Below are positions 1-8,886 of a stretch of 64,000 nucleotides of DNA, in pieces. The position numbers and the translations under genes were made by a program. Every line of letters starts with the position of its first letter. Within the stretch, counting starts at the first letter, position 1. The DNA is from an uncultured Alphaproteobacteria bacterium (GTDB lineage Bacteria > Pseudomonadota > Alphaproteobacteria > Rhizobiales > Xanthobacteraceae): the NCBI GenBank assembly GCA_963814215.1, contig CAWFCM010000008.1:2539-66538 (forward strand), written 5' to 3'. The notes below the pieces were generated by a model. The model was not told the origin of the DNA. It was given only the letters and a program-made list of their open reading frames with translations, and did no database searches.

Positions 1-279
1 GCGATCATGCCGGACATCCCCGCGATCGCCGAGCAGGTGCCGGGCTACGAGGCGATCCAGTGGTATGGACTCTTTGCGCCCGCGGGCACCCCGGCTCCGA
101 TCATTGCAAAGCTGCACAAGGAGATCGCCGCCGCGCTGAAAACGCCGGAGATGCAGAAGCGCATGGCGGCGGACGGCGCGGAAGCGGTCGGCAACTCGCC
201 GACCGAGTTCAGCGCGCAGGTGAAATCCGAATTGGAAAAGTGGGCGAAGGTCGCGCAGACGGCCAAGGCCGCGAAATAG
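1..279 (+). CDS. Bug/TctC-family tripartite tricarboxylate transporter substrate-binding protein, C-terminal fragment (5' end outside window)
   Basis: ORF 7..279 is open to base 1. Its C-terminal sequence WYGLFAPAGTPAPIIAKLHKEI...EFSAQVKSELEKWAKV parallels the C-terminus of the complete paralog at 290..1270. Confidence 0.8.
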   Translation, partial: AIMPDIPAIAEQVPGYEAIQWYGLFAPAGTPAPIIAKLHKEIAAALKTPEMQKRMAADGAEAVGNSPTEFSAQVKSELEKWAKVAQTAKAAK

Positions 280-289
280 GGAGAGTTCG

Positions 290-1270
290 ATGCTCAAGGC
301 TGCATTCGCGGGCGTTGCCGTTGCCTGCCTGATCGCGGGCGGTGTGCAAGCTCAGTCGTCTCAAGCCCAGTCTTGGCCGAACAAGCCGGTGAAAATCCTG
401 GTGCCGACCGCGGCCGGCGGCATGGCCGACACGCTCGCGCGCATGTACGCCGCGCACCTGAGCAAGGTGCTTGGCCAGCAGTTCTACATCGAAAACCGGG
501 GCGGCGCCGGCAACACGCTGGGGATCGAATCCGTGGCCCGTTCACCGGCCGACGGCTACACGCTGCTGCTTGGCGCCGGCACCATCACCATGAACCACGT
601 GGTGTACAAGAAGCTGCCCTACGATGTGATCAAGGACTTCACTCCGGTCACCCAGATGGTCTCGGTGCCGAACGTCCTGGTGGTGCATCCCTCCCAGCCG
701 TTCAATTCGTTGGCCGATTACATCGCCGCAGCCAAGGCGAAGCCTGGCACGATCAACTTTGCGTCGGCCGGCGTCGGCAGCAACCTTCATCTGTCGATGG
801 AGCTGCTCAAGACCATGACCGGCATCGACGTGGTGCACGTCCCTTACAAGGGTGTCGGCCCCGCGATGTCCGATACGCTCGCCGGACACGTCATGTCGAT
901 GGTGTCGAACGTCGCCTCCGCGAAGGCGCACGTGGAATCGGGCAAGCTTCGTGCGCTCGCGGTGACGTCAAGCAACCGTGCGCCCGCGCTCCCCAACACG
1001 CCTTCGGTTTCGGAAGCCGGAGTGAAAGGCTACGAGGTGCTCAACTGGTTCGGGCTTTTTGCGCCTGCGGGTACACCCACGCCGATCATCGACCGCCTGC
1101 ACGCCGAGGCCGAGGCGATGTTCGCCACGCCCGAAGCCAAGACGCGGATCGCCGGCGAAGGCGCCGAGCCCGTTGCCAGCAAGCCGGCCGATTTCGCGGT
1201 GTTCGTGAAGAACGAAATCGACAAATGGACCGAGGTCGGCAAGGCGGCGAAGATCCAGCCGGCGGACTGA
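290..1270 (+). CDS. Bug/TctC-family periplasmic substrate-binding protein
   Basis: 326-aa ORF with a signal peptide (AGGVQAQ). Family hallmarks are WPNKPVKILVPTAAGGMAD, ENRGGAGN, SPADGYTLLL and NWFGLFAPAGTP. Confidence 0.9.
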   Translation: MLKAAFAGVAVACLIAGGVQAQSSQAQSWPNKPVKILVPTAAGGMADTLARMYAAHLSKVLGQQFYIENRGGAGNTLGIESVARSPADGYTLLLGAGTITMNHVVYKKLPYDVIKDFTPVTQMVSVPNVLVVHPSQPFNSLADYIAAAKAKPGTINFASAGVGSNLHLSMELLKTMTGIDVVHVPYKGVGPAMSDTLAGHVMSMVSNVASAKAHVESGKLRALAVTSSNRAPALPNTPSVSEAGVKGYEVLNWFGLFAPAGTPTPIIDRLHAEAEAMFATPEAKTRIAGEGAEPVASKPADFAVFVKNEIDKWTEVGKAAKIQPAD

Positions 1271-1275
1271 CGCAC

Positions 1276-1316
1276 TGTCGTTCCGGGACGCGCCGATAGG
1301 CGCAGGCCCGGAATCC
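1276..1316. repeat. Half copy of the GTCATTCCGGGGCGCG...CCCGGAATC palindromic repeat family
   Basis: tgtcgttccgggacgcgccgataggcgcaggcccggaatcc matches the arms of the elements at 3874-4037 and 7585-7682. Confidence 0.7.
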
Positions 1317-1876
1317 AGACGCACGGCGGAAGCGTCCAATATGTTTCTGGATGCGCAATTGTGTAGCGTCCGATTCAAATTTCAAACAGCCAAGCAAAAT
1401 CGTCCGCGTTTTTGAGGCAGGCGCGCGGACGCCTTCAGTCCTCTTCCCCTCGGACAAAGTCCGAGGGGGTGAAGCGCCGACAGGCGCTGGTGCGGATCGC
1501 CGCACCCCGTGGCCCGCCTTGCGGATGGGCCGATCCCTTCACCGGGAGGGACCGCCGGCCCATGACGCGGGCCGGCGCGCCTATCGGCGCTTCACCGCGG
1601 CGTTTTCGTGCGGGGCGTTACGCTTGTCCGCACTGGCGCTCGGGCCGCGCTTGCGAACCGGAAACTTGTCCGGCAGTCCAGCAGGCTCCCTGCGCACGGA
1701 TCGTAGTGTCCGTAGGGCGGGGCCCCGAGGCCTCCCGGGAGCCCGGCTGACGAGGCTGAACCCGCAGGCGCCGCATCCCGCCCCGCTTTCATGCGTCTCA
1801 TGACAACGCCCTCGGGTGGGTGGGATGGGACTAAGAATATAGTCCTTGGGAATAAAGTCAAGCCCAAAACCAAGCC

Positions 1877-2869
1877 TTACTCGATCACCTCGTCGGCACG
1901 GGCGAGCAGGGTTGGCGGCACGGTGATGCCGAGCGCCTTGGCGGTCTTCAGATTGATCGCCAACTCGTACTTGGTCGGCGCCTGCACCGGCAGGTTAGCG
2001 GGCTTCTCGCTTTTGAGGATGCGGTCGACGTAGCCGGCGGCAAGTCGGTACTGGCCGATCAGTTCGGGGCCATAAGAGATTAGGCCGCCGGCGGCGACGA
2101 AGGAGCGGTAGGGATAAACCGCGGGCCAACTATGCCGCGCTGCGAGCGAGATGATCAGCTCGCGGTGAATCATCACCTGCGCGCTCACCACCACGATCAG
2201 GCCGCTGTTCGGCGAGCGCGCGAGCGCCGTCACGCCGCGCTCGATGTCGGCCGCGGTGTGCGGATCAATGGGGCTCAACTCCACCCCGGCCGCACGCGAG
2301 AAGGCTTGGATGACAGCCCATTGCCCCGCCCCGCCGCTGCTGGCGGCTGTCCGTATCACGCCGACGCGCTTGACCTGCGGCGCGACCTCCTTGAGCAGCT
2401 CAAGCCATTTTGCGCTCAGGTCGTAGTCGAACTGGAGGAAGCCAGTGGCGTTGCCGCCCGGCCGCGACAGACTATCGACAAAACCGGCGCCGACCGGATC
2501 GATGGCCTGCGCGAATACGACCGGAACGGTGCGGCTCGCCTGCAGCAGCGCCGGCATGGTCGGGCCGGCACCGGCCAGGACAACGTCCGGATTGAGCGCG
2601 ACCAGCTCGGCCGCATTCTTGCGCAGGCGCGCGACGTCGCCGGCGCTCCAACGAGTTTCCACCCGCACATTGCCGCCGACCTCCCAGCCCGCCCCCTGCA
2701 GCCCTTGTAGGAACGCCGCCATCCAGGCCTGTCCTTCCGGATCGTCGGCCGGAAGGTGCATCAGCACGCCGACGCGGCGCACCCGTTCCTGCGCGCGCGC
2801 AGCGAACGGCCAAGCAACCGAAGATGCCGCCGCGCCGCCAAGCCCTGCGATGAATTCGCGCCGCTTCAT
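1877..2869 (-). CDS. Orphan ABC-transporter substrate-binding protein (PF04392-like), Tat-type signal; paralog 1 of 3
   Basis: MKRREFIAGLGGAAASSVAWPFAARAQ signal, then PVGAGFVDSLSRPGGNATGF and C-terminal KPANLPVQAPTKYELAINLKTAKALGITVPPTLLARADEVIE. Its ATG overlaps the stop of the upstream paralog (ATGA). Confidence 0.85.
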   Translation of the reverse strand: MKRREFIAGLGGAAASSVAWPFAARAQERVRRVGVLMHLPADDPEGQAWMAAFLQGLQGAGWEVGGNVRVETRWSAGDVARLRKNAAELVALNPDVVLAGAGPTMPALLQASRTVPVVFAQAIDPVGAGFVDSLSRPGGNATGFLQFDYDLSAKWLELLKEVAPQVKRVGVIRTAASSGGAGQWAVIQAFSRAAGVELSPIDPHTAADIERGVTALARSPNSGLIVVVSAQVMIHRELIISLAARHSWPAVYPYRSFVAAGGLISYGPELIGQYRLAAGYVDRILKSEKPANLPVQAPTKYELAINLKTAKALGITVPPTLLARADEVIE

Positions 2870-4050
2870 TCGATTACCTCGTCGGCGCGGGCGAGCAGCG
2901 TCGGCGGCACGGTGATGCCTTGTGCTTTGGCGGTCTTGAGGTTGATCGCCAATTCCAACTTGGTCGCCGCCTGCACCGGCAGGTCGGCTGGCTTCTCGCC
3001 CTTAAGGATGCGATCAACATATCCGGCGGCTTGCCGGTAGGGATCGACGCGATCGGGCCCGTACGAGATTAGGCCACCGGCAGCAACAAAGAAGTAAGCA
3101 GGATATACAGCAGGCAACCTGTGCTGCGTTGTTACCCCGGCGATCAATTCGCGATGGTGCGACGTTCGCTGGCCGGCCGTCACGATCAGTCCGCCGTTGG
3201 GATTGCGCGCAAAACTCGCAACTGCGCGCTTGATTTCGTCCTCGCCGTCCACGCCGAGCGGGATCAACTCGACGCCAAAGCTGGTGGCAGCGCCTTGCAT
3301 CGCGCCGAACTGACCGATGCCTGATGGCGTGTTTGGATCGCGCAACACTGCCACGCGTGTAACGCCGGGCGCGATCTGCTTCAACAGCTCGATCCATTTA
3401 ACGCTGGTGCCGTACTCGAATTGAGTAAACCCGGTAACGTTGCCGCCGGGCCGCGCCAGGCTGTCCACGTATCCGGCGCCAACCGGGTCGGGCGCATTGC
3501 AAAATACGATCGGCACGGTGCGGGTTGCCAACAACAGTGGCCTGATCGCAACGCCTCCGGTCGCCAGCAGCGCATCCGGCCCAAGCGCGACCAATTCGGC
3601 GGCTTGCTTGCGCATGATGTCGGGATCGCCGCCCGCCCACCAGCGCTGATCGATCCGCAGGTTGCCTCCGAGGGTCCATCCGGCCTGCTTGAGCTCTTGC
3701 AGGAACACGCCGATGCGTTCCTGTCCATGCGCGTCTTCGGCTGCAAGTGTATTGAGGATGCCGATCCGCCGGGGCCGCACACGCTCGCCTTGCTGCGCGC
3801 GCGCGCCGCTCGGCCAAGGAACGGAAAGCGCCGCCACACCGCCAAGCCCCGCGATGAACTCCCGCCGCGATTTGTCATTCCGGGACGCGCGAAGCGCGGA
3901 CCCGGAATCGATACTCCCGGTGGTGGTTATGGGTTCCGGGTTCGCTCGCCATAGCGCGTCCTTCAGGGCGTTTACGCCCGTCTTCGACGGGCTATGGACG
4001 CGCGTACACGCGCTTATGGCTCGCGCCCCGGAATGACGGAGGATGGTCAT
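2866..4050 (-). CDS. PF04392-like substrate-binding protein, paralog 2; the first 59 codons are encoded by a repeat element, so the true start and functionality are uncertain
   Basis: The body from SRREFIAGLGGVAALSVPWPSGARAQ onward is homologous to paralog 1. The only in-frame start is the ATG at 4050 (ATGA overlap with paralog 3). No ATG/GTG/TTG lies in frame close to the signal peptide. Confidence 0.6.
   Translation of the reverse strand: MTILRHSGARAISACTRVHSPSKTGVNALKDALWRANPEPITTTGSIDSGSALRASRNDKSRREFIAGLGGVAALSVPWPSGARAQQGERVRPRRIGILNTLAAEDAHGQERIGVFLQELKQAGWTLGGNLRIDQRWWAGGDPDIMRKQAAELVALGPDALLATGGVAIRPLLLATRTVPIVFCNAPDPVGAGYVDSLARPGGNVTGFTQFEYGTSVKWIELLKQIAPGVTRVAVLRDPNTPSGIGQFGAMQGAATSFGVELIPLGVDGEDEIKRAVASFARNPNGGLIVTAGQRTSHHRELIAGVTTQHRLPAVYPAYFFVAAGGLISYGPDRVDPYRQAAGYVDRILKGEKPADLPVQAATKLELAINLKTAKAQGITVPPTLLARADEVIE
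3874..4037. repeat. MITE/REP-like element (164 bp) with terminal inverted repeats GTCATTCCGGG(A/G)CGCG ... CGCGCCCCGGAATGAC
   Basis: The terminal inverted repeats are read directly. The internal part shares GGAATC..ATAACCACCACCGGGAGTAT with 7585-7682 and ccatagcgcgtc...acgcgct.atgg with 5229-5270. Confidence 0.75.
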
Positions 4051-5035
4051 TCGATCACCTCGTCGGCGCGGGCAAGCACGGTCGCCGGGATGTCGAGGCC
4101 GAGCGCCTTGGCGGTCTTGAGGTTGATCGCGAGCCCGTACTTGGTCGGCGCCTGCACCGGCAGGTCGGCCGGCTTCTCGCCCTTGAGGATGCGATCGACG
4201 TACCCGGCTGCCTTCCGGAACTGGTCGATGTAATCAGGCCCGTAGGAGATCAAGCCGGCGGCGGCGACGAAGGAGCGGTCGGTGTAGACCGCGGGCAGCT
4301 TGTGCCGCGCCGCCAGCGTGATGATCAGATCGCGATGAAGCGTCGTGGCCCCGCTCGCCGTCACGATCAGACCGCCATTCGGAGTGCGCGCGAAGGCCGC
4401 GACGGCGCGCTCGATCTCGCCGGCGTCGCGCACGTTGACCGGGTTCACCTCCACCCGCAGCGACGGCGCCACGGCCTGGATGACGGCAAACTCGCTGGTT
4501 CCGGAGCCTTGGGTGGGATCCCGAAGGACCGCCGCTCGCGTCACGCCGGCGCGATCTGCTTGAGCAGTTCCAGCCGTTTCCCGGCCAGGCTGTATTCGAA
4601 CGACATGAAACCGGTGACGTTGCCGCCCGGCCGCGCCAAGCTGTCGACGAAGCCGGCGCCGACCGGATCGCTGGCGACCGGGAACACGATCGGCACGGTG
4701 CGGGTCGCCTGCAGCATCGCCCCCACGGCCGAGGCGCCATGGGCCAGAATGACGTCCGGCGCGAGCGCGGCCAATTCCGCCGCGTGTCTGCGAATCTCGG
4801 CGGCACTGGCCGTGGCCCAGCGCGTATCGATCCGCACGTTGCGGCCAATGGTCCAGCCCGATTGCCCCAGCCCCTGCAGGAACGCCCCGATGCGGGCGTG
4901 AAATTCCGGGTCGTCGGCGGCGGCGGGCAGAAGTATGCCGATGCGCCGCATGCGCTCGCCCTGCTGCGCACGTGCAACAAGCGGCCACGTCGCCGCCACC
5001 CCGGCAAGCAAAGTAATGAACGTGCGCCGCTTCAT
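4047..5035 (-). pseudogene. PF04392-like substrate-binding protein, paralog 3, disrupted by a 1-nt frameshift
   Basis: The N-terminal half is in frame 4541..5035 (MKRRTFITLLAG...LELLKQIAPA*). The C-terminal half is in frame 4047..~4560 (GVTRAAVLRDP...RADEVIE). Paralogs read IAPGVTR here, whereas this copy reads GCGCCGGCGTGA where GCGCCCGGCGTG would be expected. Confidence 0.8.
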
Positions 5036-5149
5036 GTCTGCCCCGGGCGGGGTATCGCCCGGTTCAAACTAGCACATTGGAAGCAATCGCAGGGTGGGCA
5101 AAGGCGGGAAGCGCAATACTACCAGCCTGCACAAAAACTCTCAATCGGC

Positions 5150-5280
5150 CTCATGCTGAGGAGCCCGCCAAGCGCAGCGCAGGCGGGCGTCTCGAAGCAC
5201 GAGGCCGCCCCCCATCCTTCGAGACGCGGGCCATAGCGCGTCAAAGACGCGCGTAAACGCGCTGATGGACCGCTCCTCAG
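5150..5280. repeat. Composite REP-like cluster (left part, interrupted by the IS)
   Basis: A perfect 11-bp inverted repeat gcgtctcgaag (5187-5197) / cttcgagacgc (5217-5227) is followed by a ccatagcgcgtc...acgcgctgatgg module. The repeat continues at 6776-6813 on the other side of the IS. Confidence 0.65.
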
Positions 5281-6770
5281 AGCTTGTGAAGCTTTAGGCT
5301 CGCGCGGGGCGGGGTTGGCCGCGCTTGTCTGAACGTCCGTCTGCCGAGAGCTTTGCCTTTGTGTTTACGCACTGGCAAGCCGATGTCCTTGCAGGATATT
5401 GTTGGTGAGGGCGTAGAGGAGCGTGACAGCACGGACCTTTTCGATGCCGCGTACGAGCAATTGTCGGAAGCCCCAATTGCGCCAGCGGGCATGGATGCAT
5501 TCGCAGATCGAGCGGGATTTGTATTGCGCCTGACCCGCTTCGCTGCCCATCCGGGCGCGCCAGGCCAATATGCCGGGGCCGTCGCCGGGGCGCGGTCGAT
5601 AGGGGTCGGTCCCGTGCTTGGACTGGGTCGGAGGACAGTAGACCTCGATCCCGTTGTCATGCGCCCATTCGATGTCTTGGGCGCTGGTAAAACCGCCATC
5701 GGCCAGATGGCGTCCTGGAAACTGACCGATGCGCCCGCCCAACCGCTCTAACATCGGCCGCATCAGGCCACGGTCGGAGCCGGTGTTGCAGACCTCGACC
5801 GCGATCACGATCTGCTCGTCTGCAACGCTGGCCACCTGCACATTATAGGCCGGGCGGAAGCCGCCATCGGCCATCTTCATGACACGCGCTTGGGGGTCGG
5901 AGGTGGAGGCGCGCGGCTCTTTCTGAGGCTTCCCGTTGCTGCGCTTTTGATCGCGCTCTTTGCGCTGCTGCTTGATCTCTTCGAGCGCTTGCTGTGCCGC
6001 CTTGACCCGTTCGCTGCGCTCGCGCGCGGCTCGTTCGCGGGCGGCCTTGATGCGCTGGTTGCTGGCATCCGAACGCACATCGACCTCGCGCTTGAGCTCA
6101 TCCACCACGGCCTGGGCGGTCGCCAGATGCCGGTCAAGCGTCGCCCCACGCCGGAACGACGAGGCCCCCGCACTCGCCCGGATCCGCACGCCGTCCTGCG
6201 AAAGCGTATCGAAATCGATCAGCTTGGCCTTGGCCAGCGCTGCCAGATGCTCGGCGAGCAGCCGGTCGAGCAGATCGGCGCAGCCGACCCGAAAGTCCGC
6301 CAGCGTGTGGTAGTTCACCGACACGCCTCCGCACAGCCAGCGATAGACATCGTGGCTGTTGCACAGCCGCTCAAGAGCGCGCGCACTGCCGACGCCCTCA
6401 CTGGTGGCGACAAGCCACAGCGCCAGCAGCAGCCGCGGCGAAATAGCCGGATGTCCGGGCCTGTCCTCCCGCGCCTTGATCCGATCTTCAAGTTCGCTCA
6501 GATCAAGTCCGGCCACATAGGTCCAGATCACTCGGACCGGATGGTCCTCCCCGACCAGGCTCTCGATATCCACCGCCCGCAGTTCGATCTGATCGCGCCT
6601 GGGCTCGCGCAAGCGGGGCGCGCCCTGCGGAGACCTCTCGGATTGCGGCTGCGAGGCTGGAAGTTCACCAAACAGTTCGTCCTCAGTCATAGCTCCCTCC
6701 CGCAACTCGGCCATCGTAGGGAATCATGATTGACCCGCTATCCGCTACCTTCGCGGAAGATTCACAGCCT
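5281..6770 (-). mobile_element. IS5/IS1182-family insertion sequence, 1490 bp, apparently intact
   Basis: Imperfect terminal inverted repeats AGCTTGTGAAGCTT... and ...AAGATTCACAGCCT are flanked by the direct repeat CTCAG (5276-5280 and 6771-6775). There is a single transposase ORF. Confidence 0.8.
5365..6714 (-). CDS. IS5/IS1182-family DDE transposase
   Basis: 449 aa. The N-terminal InsH-like region reads HPVRVIWTYVAGLDLSELEDRIKAREDRPGHPAISPRLLLALWLVATSEGVGSAR. A coiled-coil Lys/Arg-rich middle is followed by a C-terminal DDE region ending LLYALTNNILQG. Confidence 0.85.
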   Translation of the reverse strand: MAELREGAMTEDELFGELPASQPQSERSPQGAPRLREPRRDQIELRAVDIESLVGEDHPVRVIWTYVAGLDLSELEDRIKAREDRPGHPAISPRLLLALWLVATSEGVGSARALERLCNSHDVYRWLCGGVSVNYHTLADFRVGCADLLDRLLAEHLAALAKAKLIDFDTLSQDGVRIRASAGASSFRRGATLDRHLATAQAVVDELKREVDVRSDASNQRIKAARERAARERSERVKAAQQALEEIKQQRKERDQKRSNGKPQKEPRASTSDPQARVMKMADGGFRPAYNVQVASVADEQIVIAVEVCNTGSDRGLMRPMLERLGGRIGQFPGRHLADGGFTSAQDIEWAHDNGIEVYCPPTQSKHGTDPYRPRPGDGPGILAWRARMGSEAGQAQYKSRSICECIHARWRNWGFRQLLVRGIEKVRAVTLLYALTNNILQGHRLASA

Positions 6771-6775
6771 CTCAG

Positions 6776-6813
6776 GATGAGGCGGAGCAGGCGTAGGCGC
6801 GCCCCGGAATGAC
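6776..6813. repeat. Right part of the REP/MITE cluster interrupted by the IS
   Basis: gatgaggcggagcaggcgtaggcgcgccccggaatgac ends with the family arm GCGCCCCGGAATGAC. Confidence 0.65.
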
Positions 6814-6826
6814 AGCTTCGCTGTTA

Positions 6827-7564
6827 CTACCCCTTGCCGTAAAACACCGACACCGGAACGCCCTTCGAGATCGCCTCGACGCGCTCGTCCTCGCCCTTCT
6901 TCTTTTTCTCGCACATCTCTAGCACCGCCATGATGCTTTCGCGCGGGATAAACACCACGCCGGTGTCGTCGGCCACCACCAGATCGCCCGGATTGACACG
7001 CACGTCACCCATCTGGATCTCGCCGTTGATCTCGACCGTTTGCAGTCGCCACTTGCCGGTGATCGGCGTGATCTCGCTCGCCCACACCGGATAGCCGATC
7101 GAGCGCGAGTGCCGCACGTCGCGCACGCCACCCATCACGATCGCGCCGCGCTCGCCCTGACGCTGCGCCGTGTAGGCTGAAATCCCGCCCATGTTGGACA
7201 CACCCGACACGCCGGAAATCACAAGCACGTCGCCGTCCTCGGCGAGGTTGTGCGCCTCGAACTCTGCCATGCCGTTCTTGTTCTGCTGCGCGGCGACGCG
7301 CGGATCGTCGCGCCGCCGGATGTTGCGCACCGTAAGCGCCGGGCCAACCACCATCTTGCCAGGCAGTGTGGGTTTCAGCACATGCGCGCCGATCGCGCCC
7401 TCGGCGATGCCGAGCTCGTCCATCACATCCGAAATGAGGCTGGTGCATTCGCCGAGCGCGATGAATCGCTCCACCGCGCCCCCGGGCGGCTTCGGCGTCG
7501 AGGTCATGCGGATGCGCTCGGCGGCGATGCGGCCGGTCAGCTTTTTTCCATTGAGTTCGGTCAT
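6827..7564 (-). CDS. RraA-like / HMG-CHA aldolase family protein
   Basis: 245 aa with DVLVISGVSGVSNMGGISAYTAQRQGERGAIVMGGVRDV and VVADDTGVVFIP, typical of the RraA/dimethylmenaquinone-methyltransferase-like fold. Confidence 0.75.
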   Translation of the reverse strand: MTELNGKKLTGRIAAERIRMTSTPKPPGGAVERFIALGECTSLISDVMDELGIAEGAIGAHVLKPTLPGKMVVGPALTVRNIRRRDDPRVAAQQNKNGMAEFEAHNLAEDGDVLVISGVSGVSNMGGISAYTAQRQGERGAIVMGGVRDVRHSRSIGYPVWASEITPITGKWRLQTVEINGEIQMGDVRVNPGDLVVADDTGVVFIPRESIMAVLEMCEKKKKGEDERVEAISKGVPVSVFYGKG

Positions 7565-7584
7565 GGCATTCCCCGTGTTCGATT

Positions 7585-7682
7585 GTCATTCCGGGGCGCG
7601 CCGAAGGCGCGAACCCGGAATCCATAACCACCACCGGGAGTATGGATTCCGGCTCTCGCGCTTCGCGCTCGGCCGGAATGAC
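7585..7682. repeat. MITE/REP-like element (98 bp) of the GTCATTCCGGGGCGCG family
   Basis: gtcattccggggcgcgccgaaggcgcgaacccggaatccataaccaccaccgggagtatggattccgg...ggccggaatgac. The inverted termini are read directly and the element is intergenic. Confidence 0.8.
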
Positions 7683-7697
7683 ATTGAGAGATTTTCC

Positions 7698-8639
7698 TCA
7701 GCGGGCCAGCGCGCGCGCCATCACCTGCTCGCAGCGCAGGTTCTCTTCGTCGACCAGCTCGCCGCTCATCGCCTTGCGAGCGAGCTCGGACGGTGCGCCC
7801 GCCATCTTCCAGCGGCACGGGAACAGCTTGGTCTCCAGCCACCATTGCGCATCGTGCGCGACATACGAGTCGTCGACCTGATCGACTTCGGTGGTGTACT
7901 CGGTGACAAAACCGTTCGGCTCGATGAAATAGGAGAACACGTTGTTGCCGGGACCGTGCCGGCCGACGCCCCACATGAGCTCGTAGCCATTACCGCGCAC
8001 GCGGCCCGCGCCCCGCATCAGGCCGTCGATGTTCGGCATCTCGTAGGCCATGTGGTTGAGGCAGGGACCGTTGCCGCGCGCGATCGCAACGCTGTGATGG
8101 TCCGTGCAGCAGCGCACGAAGTCCATCATCACCGTGCTGTCGCTCCACTTGAAACCGAGCACGTCGAGGAAGAACGCGGTCTGCTTCTCGACCTCGGCGC
8201 TGTTGATGACGACGTGGGTGAGCTTGGTCGGGCGGGTGGCATCGTCGACCGCATCGGCGTACTCGGCGACGTCGGCCGAGATAGCGATCGGATGGCCTTC
8301 CGGCGAGCTGACGCGGAAGCCATAGCCGCCGCCTGCACTCTTTTCCAGCGCCTGTGGGGCGTGCACCACCTTGGCGCCGAGCGCGACGGCCTGAGCGTGC
8401 AAGGCGTCGACGGTAGCGCGGTCAGGCGCCGACAGGTGCACGCCAAGCAACGCCGCGCGCGGGCGGGCGCGCAAGGTCAGCACGTGATGATCGCGGCCGG
8501 TGCCGCGCATATGCAGCGTGTCGCCATCGCCGGCGACATCCTCCAGCGCCCAGACCTTGCGGTAGAAATCGGCCGATTTTTTCAGGTCATGGACGCCCAG
8601 TTCGATGCTGCGCAGGCCGTTGATCCGGGGGGTGGTCAT
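7698..8639 (-). CDS. Two-domain VOC-superfamily extradiol ring-cleavage dioxygenase
   Basis: 313 aa. Glyoxalase-type repeats are present (IELGVHDLKKSADFYRKVWAL; THVVINSAEVEKQTAFFLDVLGF). Candidate metal ligands are CTDHHSVA, LNHMAYE and VTEYT. Confidence 0.8.
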   Translation of the reverse strand: MTTPRINGLRSIELGVHDLKKSADFYRKVWALEDVAGDGDTLHMRGTGRDHHVLTLRARPRAALLGVHLSAPDRATVDALHAQAVALGAKVVHAPQALEKSAGGGYGFRVSSPEGHPIAISADVAEYADAVDDATRPTKLTHVVINSAEVEKQTAFFLDVLGFKWSDSTVMMDFVRCCTDHHSVAIARGNGPCLNHMAYEMPNIDGLMRGAGRVRGNGYELMWGVGRHGPGNNVFSYFIEPNGFVTEYTTEVDQVDDSYVAHDAQWWLETKLFPCRWKMAGAPSELARKAMSGELVDEENLRCEQVMARALAR

Positions 8640-8886
8640 GGGTCGCCTCCACGAAGCAGGACAATCCGCCGTCTTATAGCATCGGCCGGCGGTTCCGCCG
8701 ATGTTGCAGGCAGTTTAGCGCAGATTTGCCGACGGCAAACGCTCGAACCGCGCCGCCCACGCATTCCTGACACGCCGCACCCGCCGGTTGCTTTAGCAAC
8801 CCGGAGAAGGCAAATTCACATTTCAGAGCCGGTCTAAACCGGCCAATTCCAGGGAGTGGCCCGCTTGGGCCGTCGAAAGGCACTGC

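Noticed and set aside
1351-1803. 150-aa ORF in the long intergenic region.
   Set aside because: It has Arg/Ala/Pro/Gly-rich composition, no start context and no motifs. The region is made of palindromic repeats.
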